Below the pieces are notes generated by a model that searched no databases, was not told the DNA's origin, and was given only the letters and a program-made list of their open reading frames with translations. From IMG/VR virus record IMGVR_UViG_2778261356_000013, positions 1 to 23,607 of that record: a DNA stretch of 23,607 bases. One strand, written 5' to 3'. Shown one piece after another: positions 17,852 to 23,607 of this stretch (position 1 is its first letter; each line of letters starts with the position of its first letter). The position numbers and the translations under genes are program-made. This DNA is from a virus (lineage: Duplodnaviria; Heunggongvirae; Uroviricota; Caudoviricetes).

Positions 17852-18054
17852 TGAAAGTGCGTGCGCATCAGTATGACACGGTGGACGCGCTTTGCTGGCG
17901 TCATTACGGGCGCACGCAGGGTGTCACGGAGCAGGTACTGAAGGCAAATCCGGGGCTTGCCGAATATGGCCCCTTTTTACCTCACGGGCTGCAGGTGGAG
18001 CTGCCGGACATTCCGACCACCACCACCGTGCAGACCGTCCAGCTATGGGACTGA
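17851..18054 (+). CDS. X: Tail protein X-like (67 aa)
   Basis: Length matches P2 gpX as I recall it; ATGA overlap with L. Confidence 0.7.
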   Translation: MKVRAHQYDTVDALCWRHYGRTQGVTEQVLKANPGLAEYGPFLPHGLQVELPDIPTTTTVQTVQLWD

Positions 18055-18057
18055 ATT

Positions 18058-18273
18058 ATGACGCTTGAGCGAATCAGCGCCTTTATCACGTATTGCATCG
18101 CCGTCGTGCTGGCCTGGCTGGGCGATTTGTCCATCAAGGATGCCTCAACGCTGGGCGGCCTGATGATTGGTGTGCTGATGCTGGCTATCAACTGGTACTA
18201 CAAACACAAAGCCTACCAGCTTCTGCGCGACGGGCAGATCTCGCGGGAGGACTATGAATCCATCAATCGTTAA
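18058..18273 (+). CDS. Y: Holin (71 aa, two predicted transmembrane segments)
   Basis: Hydrophobic stretches FITYCIAVVLAWLG and LGGLMIGVLMLAINWYY, charged C-terminus; first gene of lysis cassette. Confidence 0.65.
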   Translation: MTLERISAFITYCIAVVLAWLGDLSIKDASTLGGLMIGVLMLAINWYYKHKAYQLLRDGQISREDYESINR

Positions 18274-18766
18274 ACGCTGCCTTGTCGGGGCCGTGCTGGC
18301 TATTGCTGCCACGCTGCCGGGTTTTCAGCAGCTTCACACCTCCGTGGAGGGGCTGAAACTGATTGCAGATTACGAAGGCTGTCGTCTGCAGCCGTATCAG
18401 TGCAGCGCGGGCGTCTGGACCGACGGCATTGGTAACACGTCAGGCGTCATTCCCGGCAAAACCATTACGGAACGACAGGCAGCAGAAGGACTGATTTCCA
18501 ACGTGCTGCGTGTGGAGCGGGCGCTGGAAAGGTGTGTGAAACAACAGCCGCCGCAGAAGGTATATGACGCTGCGGTATCGTTTGCCTTCAACGTGGGAAC
18601 GGGCAATGCCTGCAGTTCCACGCTGGTGAAATTACTCAATCAGCGGCGCTGGGCGGATGCGTGCCGACAGTTGCCGCGCTGGGTTTATGTGAAAGGTGTG
18701 TTTAATCAGGGGCTGGATAACCGCCGTGCGCGGGAGATGGCCTGGTGTTTACAGGGAGCAAACTGA
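18254..18766 (+). CDS. K: Endolysin, GH24-type lysozyme, probable SAR (signal-anchor-release) type (170 aa)
   Basis: Catalytic region YEGCRLQPYQCSAGVWTDGIGNT (E-8-C/D-5-T spacing of T4/P21-like lysozymes); weakly hydrophobic Ala/Gly-rich N-terminus CLVGAVLAIAATLPGF. Confidence 0.8.
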   Translation: MNPSIVKRCLVGAVLAIAATLPGFQQLHTSVEGLKLIADYEGCRLQPYQCSAGVWTDGIGNTSGVIPGKTITERQAAEGLISNVLRVERALERCVKQQPPQKVYDAAVSFAFNVGTGNACSSTLVKLLNQRRWADACRQLPRWVYVKGVFNQGLDNRRAREMAWCLQGAN

Positions 18767-18767
18767 A

Positions 18768-19145
18768 ATGAAAAAGAAATTAATCAGCGGGCTGTTTCTG
18801 ATGTTATGGATGGCGCTGTTAATCGCAGCAATGGTGTATCCGCAGGGGATTTTTCCGGTACTGGCAGCGTCCGGCGTTTGGGTAGCCTGTTTACTGACAT
18901 GGGCGGTAATTCCGGTAGCACTGGCTGCGTTAATTAAGAATGGCCCGCTCTGGCAGGAGTTGAGGGCATCTTTGCTTAAGACCATTACCCGAAAAAAAAA
19001 CGTATTTATCAGCTGGGTGATGCGATTGCTGATTGTCGTAAGTCTCGCCTGGACGGGGTGGGCTATTACCCTGGTCTTTTATCTACTGACCGTTATTGCC
19101 TTCTGGATCACCCGTAATCAGATGGCGCAACAGGTAGCAGCATGA
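18768..19145 (+). CDS. lysA: LysA-like membrane protein (125 aa from ATG 18768), lysis timing/antiholin candidate
   Basis: Multiple hydrophobic segments; position after endolysin as in P2; ORF-track start 18696 is GTG inside endolysin. Confidence 0.55.
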   Translation: MKKKLISGLFLMLWMALLIAAMVYPQGIFPVLAASGVWVACLLTWAVIPVALAALIKNGPLWQELRASLLKTITRKKNVFISWVMRLLIVVSLAWTGWAITLVFYLLTVIAFWITRNQMAQQVAA

Positions 19146-19570
19146 ACCGGTTGCTGCTGGTTGTGCTGACGTTATTACTGGCGGCGCTGGGCTGGCAGAC
19201 GTGGCGGCTGGCTGATGCCAGCCAGACCATCAGCACGCAGGCAGACGAGCTGCAGAGCAAAAGCCAGGCACTGGCAAAGAGCAATAGCCAGCTTATCAGC
19301 CTGTCCATTCTGACTGAAACCAATAACCGGGAGCAGGCGCGGCTCTATGCCGAAGCAGAACAGACCAGCACTCTGCTGAGACAACGACAACACCGGATCG
19401 AGGAACTGAAACGTGAGAACGAGGATTTACGCCGCTGGGCTGATACTCCTTTGCCTGCTGACATTATCCGGCTGCGGAAACGTCCGGCACTCACCGGAGG
19501 TATGGCTTACCGTCAGTGGTTGTCCGCGAGTGACGCCGTGTCGGCTGGATCAGACAACGCCGCGCACTAA
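19142..19570 (+). CDS. lysB: LysB, Rz-like inner-membrane spanin (142 aa)
   Basis: N-terminal TM (LLLVVLTLLLAALGW) followed by charged coiled-coil-like region; position. Confidence 0.6.
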   Translation: MNRLLLVVLTLLLAALGWQTWRLADASQTISTQADELQSKSQALAKSNSQLISLSILTETNNREQARLYAEAEQTSTLLRQRQHRIEELKRENEDLRRWADTPLPADIIRLRKRPALTGGMAYRQWLSASDAVSAGSDNAAH

Positions 19571-19703
19571 CGGTGATCTGAACGCGTTGCTGGATGAAAC
19601 GGAGGCCGCCTGGGCGGTCTGTGCAGACAAAGTGGACATGATTATTGCGTGTCAGGAGCGAAACAGTGAACAAACCACAATCCCTGCGCCACGCCCTCAA
19701 TAA
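19413..19703 (+). CDS. lysC: LysC, Rz1-like outer-membrane lipoprotein spanin (96 aa, GTG start), nested in a different frame of lysB and extending beyond it
   Basis: Lipobox LTLSGC after hydrophobic segment; embedded out-of-frame in lysB as in P2; only GTG start available. Confidence 0.5.
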   Translation: MRTRIYAAGLILLCLLTLSGCGNVRHSPEVWLTVSGCPRVTPCRLDQTTPRTNGDLNALLDETEAAWAVCADKVDMIIACQERNSEQTTIPAPRPQ

Positions 19704-20097
19704 AGCAGTGCCTTATGTCCGCAATAACCCGGACAAACTGCATCTGTTTGTGGATAACGGTTCGCTGGTTGCCACGGGGGCCAGCTCCATGTCGTGGGAG
19801 TACCGTTACACACTGAACGCGGTGATTGAGGATTTCAGCGGCGACCAGAATCTGCTGATGGCCCCGGTTTTGCTGTGGCTGAGGGATAACCAGCCCGATG
19901 CCATCAATAACCCGGCGTTACGGGAAAAGCTATTCACCTTTGAGGTGGATATTCTGCGCAACGATGTCTGTGATATCAGCCTGAACCTGCAACTGACGGA
20001 ACGTGTGCTGGTCAGCACTGACGGCAGTGTGTCGAGCGTTGAAGCTATAGCGGAACCTGATGCACCTGAAGAAATGTGGACGGTGAAACGTGGCTGA
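19666..20097 (+). CDS. R: Tail completion protein R-like (143 aa from GTG 19666; ORF-track start 19645 is TTG)
   Basis: Position; AGGAG RBS 8 nt before GTG 19666. Confidence 0.65.
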   Translation: MNKPQSLRHALNKAVPYVRNNPDKLHLFVDNGSLVATGASSMSWEYRYTLNAVIEDFSGDQNLLMAPVLLWLRDNQPDAINNPALREKLFTFEVDILRNDVCDISLNLQLTERVLVSTDGSVSSVEAIAEPDAPEEMWTVKRG

Positions 20098-20536
20098 ACT
20101 GCAGAAGGTGGACGACTGGCTGAGTGCCTTGCTGGCGAATCTGGAACCAGCCACGAGAAGCCGCATGATGCGCCAGCTGGCGCAGGAACTTCGCCGGACA
20201 CAGCAGCAGAATATCAGGATGCAGCGCAACCCTGACGGCAGCAGCTATGAACCGCGACGGGTAACAGCACGCAGTAAAAAAGGCCGTATCAAACGTCAGA
20301 TGTTTGCAAAGCTGCGCACCACAAAATACCTGAAAACTGCCGCCAGCACCGACTCTGCCAGCGTGCAGTTTGAAGGCAAAGTGCAGCGCATTGCCCGCGT
20401 TCACCATTACGGCCTGCGAGATCGCGTCAGTCGTAAGGGACCGGAGGTGCGTTACGCAGAGCGTCGCCTTCTGGGTGTAAATGATGATGTTGAGGCAATG
20501 ACTCGCGACATGATTCTGCAATGGCTGGCGGGGTGA
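20090..20536 (+). CDS. S: Tail completion protein S-like (148 aa, GTG start)
   Basis: Position and length close to P2 S; overlaps R stop. Confidence 0.7.
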   Translation: MAELQKVDDWLSALLANLEPATRSRMMRQLAQELRRTQQQNIRMQRNPDGSSYEPRRVTARSKKGRIKRQMFAKLRTTKYLKTAASTDSASVQFEGKVQRIARVHHYGLRDRVSRKGPEVRYAERRLLGVNDDVEAMTRDMILQWLAG

Positions 20537-20604
20537 TCTTTGTATCAGCACTGATACAAGTTGCAGCACTGCCGCCTTTCTTCCCCTGATGGCAACCTTT
20601 CCCT

Positions 20605-21183
20605 ATGAACGCACAATTAACCGAAATCATGCGCCTTATCACCAACCTGATCCGCACAGGGGTAGTCACCGAAGTGGACAGGGAAAACTGGCTTTGCCGG
20701 GTGAAAACGGGCGAGCTTGAAACCAACTGGATCAGCTGGCTGACGCTGCGTGCCGGGAATGCCCGTACATGGTGGCGACCATCGGAAGGTGAGCAGGTGG
20801 TGCTGCTGAGTCTGGGCGGCAATCTGGAAACCGCCTTTGCGCTGCCCGCTGTCTATTCGAATCAGTTCGCACCACCGTCGACGTCGGCGGACGCCTGCGT
20901 GACAGAACATCCTGACGGTGGCTGGTTTGAATACGAACCCGCCACCGGGCGCTGGTATGTCAGGGGCATCAAATCCATGGTCATTGAGGCCGCTGACAAT
21001 ATCACCCTGAAAACCAGTGAGTTTGTACTGGAGGCTGACCGCACGCGCATTAACAGCGAAGTTGTGATCAATGGTGGCGTTACCCAGGGCGGCGGAGCGA
21101 TGAGTTCTAACGGGATCGTGGTTGATGCGCATCAGCATACTGGCGTCCTGAAAGGCGGCGATACAACCGGAGGCCCGGTATGA
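20605..21183 (+). CDS. V: Baseplate assembly/spike protein V-like (192 aa)
   Basis: Position in baseplate operon; Gly-rich C-terminus (GGVTQGGGAMSSNG...GGDTTGGPV). Confidence 0.75.
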   Translation: MNAQLTEIMRLITNLIRTGVVTEVDRENWLCRVKTGELETNWISWLTLRAGNARTWWRPSEGEQVVLLSLGGNLETAFALPAVYSNQFAPPSTSADACVTEHPDGGWFEYEPATGRWYVRGIKSMVIEAADNITLKTSEFVLEADRTRINSEVVINGGVTQGGGAMSSNGIVVDAHQHTGVLKGGDTTGGPV

Positions 21184-21539
21184 CGCTTTATAGCGGGATG
21201 AACAATACCAGCGGCAAAGTCATTACTGATATTGATCATCTGCGCCAGTCGGTGCGGGACATTCTGCTGACACCGCAGGGTAGCCGTATTGCCCGCCGGG
21301 AATATGGTTCCCTCCTGTCGGTTTTAATAGATCAGCCACAAAATCCGGCATTACGCCTGCAGGTCATGTCGGCAGTGTATGTGGCGCTGAGTCGCTGGGA
21401 GCCACGGCTGACGCTGGATTCCATCACCATCAACAGCAACTTTGACGGTTCTATGGTGGTGGAGCTGACCGGGCGGCGGAATAACGGTGTGCCTGTGTCC
21501 CTTTCCGTATCAACAGGAGCAGAGAATGGCAGTGATTGA
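21180..21539 (+). CDS. W: Baseplate wedge protein W (gp25-like, 119 aa)
   Basis: Length and position match P2 W; ATGA overlap with V. Confidence 0.75.
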   Translation: MTLYSGMNNTSGKVITDIDHLRQSVRDILLTPQGSRIARREYGSLLSVLIDQPQNPALRLQVMSAVYVALSRWEPRLTLDSITINSNFDGSMVVELTGRRNNGVPVSLSVSTGAENGSD

Positions 21540-22434
21540 CCTTTCGCAGTTGCCTGCGCCGCAGATTGTGGATGTGCCGGACTTTGAGGCGCTGCTTGCC
21601 GAACGCAAGGCCGAATTTGTGGCGCTTCATCCGAAAGATGAGCAGGAAGCAGTGATCCGCACTCTGGAACTGGAATCTGAACCCGTCACCAAATTGCTGC
21701 AGGAGAACGCTTACCGTGAGTTGCTTCTGCGCCAGCGCATTAACGAAGCCGCGCAGGCTGTGATGGTGGCTTACGCGATGGGCAGCGATCTTGACCAGCT
21801 CGCTGCCAACTACAACGTGAAACGCCTGACGGTGACGCCTGCTGATAATGACGCTGTGCCGCCCGTTGCAGCTGTGATGGAAAGCGATGAAGCGTTACGC
21901 CTGCGTGTGCCTGCAGCCTTTGAAGGGCTTTCAGTTGCGGGGCCAACTGCAGCTTATGAATTTCATGCCCGAAGCGCCGACGGTCGGGTGGCGGATGCCA
22001 GTGCAACCAGCCCGGCACCTGCAGAGGTGGTGCTGACTGTCCTTAGCCGCGAAGGCGATGGAACTGCAGAAAAAGACCTGCTGGACGTGGTGGAAAAAGC
22101 TCTGAACAGTGAGAACGTCCGCCCGGTGGCTGACCGTCTTACGGTTCGCAGCGCAGAAATCATCCCGTATCGCGTGGAAGCCACCATTTTTCTCTATCCT
22201 GGACCGGAAGCAGAGCCGGTAATGGCAGCGGCAAAAGCCAGCCTGCAGAAGTACATCGCCAGTCAGACGCGTCTTGGTCGGGATATTCGCCGTAGCGCCA
22301 TCTTTGCCGCCCTGCATGTTGAGGGTGTGCAGCGTGTGGAGCTGGCTTCTCCTCTGGCGGATGTGGTCCTGAACAAAACACAGGCGGCATCATGTACGCA
22401 GTGGAGCGTAACCAACGGAGGAACGGATGAATAG
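21526..22434 (+). CDS. J: Baseplate protein J (302 aa from ATG 21526; ORF-track start 21487 is an extension)
   Basis: 302 aa from the RBS-supported ATG, matching P2 J length as I recall it; position. Confidence 0.8.
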   Translation: MAVIDLSQLPAPQIVDVPDFEALLAERKAEFVALHPKDEQEAVIRTLELESEPVTKLLQENAYRELLLRQRINEAAQAVMVAYAMGSDLDQLAANYNVKRLTVTPADNDAVPPVAAVMESDEALRLRVPAAFEGLSVAGPTAAYEFHARSADGRVADASATSPAPAEVVLTVLSREGDGTAEKDLLDVVEKALNSENVRPVADRLTVRSAEIIPYRVEATIFLYPGPEAEPVMAAAKASLQKYIASQTRLGRDIRRSAIFAALHVEGVQRVELASPLADVVLNKTQAASCTQWSVTNGGTDE

Positions 22435-23032
22435 TCTGCTGCCACCGGGTTCAACACCACTGGAGCGCCGACTGGCGCAAACCTGCAGCGGGATTTCTGA
22501 TTTGCAGGTGCCGCTGCGTGACTTGTGGAATCCGGCAACCTGTCCGGTCAGTTTCCTGCCTTATCTCGCCTGGGCGTTCTCTGTGGATCGCTGGGACGAG
22601 GGCTGGACAGAAAGCGTCAAACGCCAGGTGGTGAAGGATGCTTTTTATATTCATCAGCATAAAGGGACCACCAGTGCCGTGCGGCGGGTGGTGGAGCCGT
22701 TCGGCTTTCTGATCCGCATTATTGAGTGGTGGCAGACCGGAGAGGCACCGGGCACGTTTCGCCTGGATATCGGCGTGCAGGACCAGGGCATCACTGAAGA
22801 TACCTATCTGGAACTTGAGCGACTGATAAGCGATGCCAAACCATGTAGCCGCCACATGATCGGCATGTCCATCAATCTGCAGATCAGCGGCCCGCATTGG
22901 GTGGGAGCCGCCAGCTATCTTGGCGAAGAAATCACGATCTATCCGTATATCAACGAAACGATTATTTCCGGTGGCACCGCGCATGAAGGCGGGGCGGTCC
23001 ATGTTATTGACACAATGAGAGTGAATCCATGA
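22427..23032 (+). CDS. I: Baseplate/tail protein I (201 aa)
   Basis: Position between J and H; GGAGG RBS. Confidence 0.75.
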   Translation: MNSLLPPGSTPLERRLAQTCSGISDLQVPLRDLWNPATCPVSFLPYLAWAFSVDRWDEGWTESVKRQVVKDAFYIHQHKGTTSAVRRVVEPFGFLIRIIEWWQTGEAPGTFRLDIGVQDQGITEDTYLELERLISDAKPCSRHMIGMSINLQISGPHWVGAASYLGEEITIYPYINETIISGGTAHEGGAVHVIDTMRVNP

Positions 23033-23607
23033 GCACAAAATTTTATACCCTGCTGACGGATATTGGCGCGGCGAAACTTGCCAGCGCCGCCGCGCTCGGT
23101 GTGCCTTTAAAAATTACCCATATGGCGGTCGGCGATGGCGGCGGAACATTGCCAACGCCGGACGCAAAGCAGACAGCATTGGTAAATGAGAAACGCCGGG
23201 CTGCGCTGAATATGCTCTATATCGACCCGCAGAACAGCAGCCAGATTATTGCCGAACAGGTGATCCCAGAAAACGAGGGCGGTTGGTGGATACGTGAAGT
23301 GGGCCTGTTTGATGAGTCCGGGGCATTGATTGCCGTGGGCAACTGCCCGGAAAGCTATAAGCCACAACTGGCTGAAGGCAGCGGGCGCACCCAGACCGTG
23401 CGCATGGTGCTGATTACCAGCAGTACGGACAATATCACCCTGAAAATCGACCCTGCTGTCGTGCTGGCAACCCGTCATTATGTAGATCAACAAATAGAAA
23501 TTCATGAGCAATCGCGCCGCCATCCTTCTGCGTCTTTGACAGAAAAGGGATTTGTACGTCTGTATAGCGGTGTGGAAAGCAATGATGAAACAGTCGCTGC
23601 AACGCCA
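23029..23607 (+). CDS. H: Tail fibre protein H, N-terminal portion (truncated by window end)
   Basis: ATG 23029 overlapping I stop; frame open to end of window; N-terminus MSTKFYTLLTDIGAAKLA resembles conserved P2 H N-terminus from recall. Confidence 0.75.
   Translation, partial: MSTKFYTLLTDIGAAKLASAAALGVPLKITHMAVGDGGGTLPTPDAKQTALVNEKRRAALNMLYIDPQNSSQIIAEQVIPENEGGWWIREVGLFDESGALIAVGNCPESYKPQLAEGSGRTQTVRMVLITSSTDNITLKIDPAVVLATRHYVDQQIEIHEQSRRHPSASLTEKGFVRLYSGVESNDETVAATP

Noticed and set aside
20045-20569. 174-aa ORF on the minus strand
   Set aside because: Antisense to tail completion genes R/S, which fit the P2 gene order
1-23607. CRISPR arrays, tRNA/rRNA genes, IS elements or transposases
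   Set aside because: No regularly spaced direct repeats, no tRNA-like structure noticed and no transposase-like ORF; the mobile element here is the prophage itself

Overview
This window is most of a P2/186-family temperate myovirus prophage from an enterobacterial host, read from the integrase end. It runs int, CI-type repressor, Apl/Cox, a CII-like gene, small early ORFs, a TraR-type zinc finger, Dam methylase and the rolling-circle replication gene A, then an AT-rich cargo island, then portal and terminase on the minus strand, followed by scaffold, capsid, small terminase, head completion, lysis cassette and tail/baseplate genes up to a tail fibre gene cut by the window end. The cargo island (about 7214-11786) holds a LexA-box-controlled small ORF plus DinI-like gene, a DarT-like ADP-ribosyltransferase with a macrodomain partner (DarTG-like toxin-antitoxin/defence pair), a candidate cos site, and an orphan AAA+-type P-loop ATPase wedged between cos and the portal gene. 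The ATPase is the best candidate for an undescribed single-gene function; the DarTG-like pair belongs to a known family. Structural gene calls rest mainly on P2 gene order and sizes, with motif support where stated. ORF-track starts were re-examined because several are GTG/TTG extensions. No tRNA, rRNA, CRISPR array or transposase was seen.
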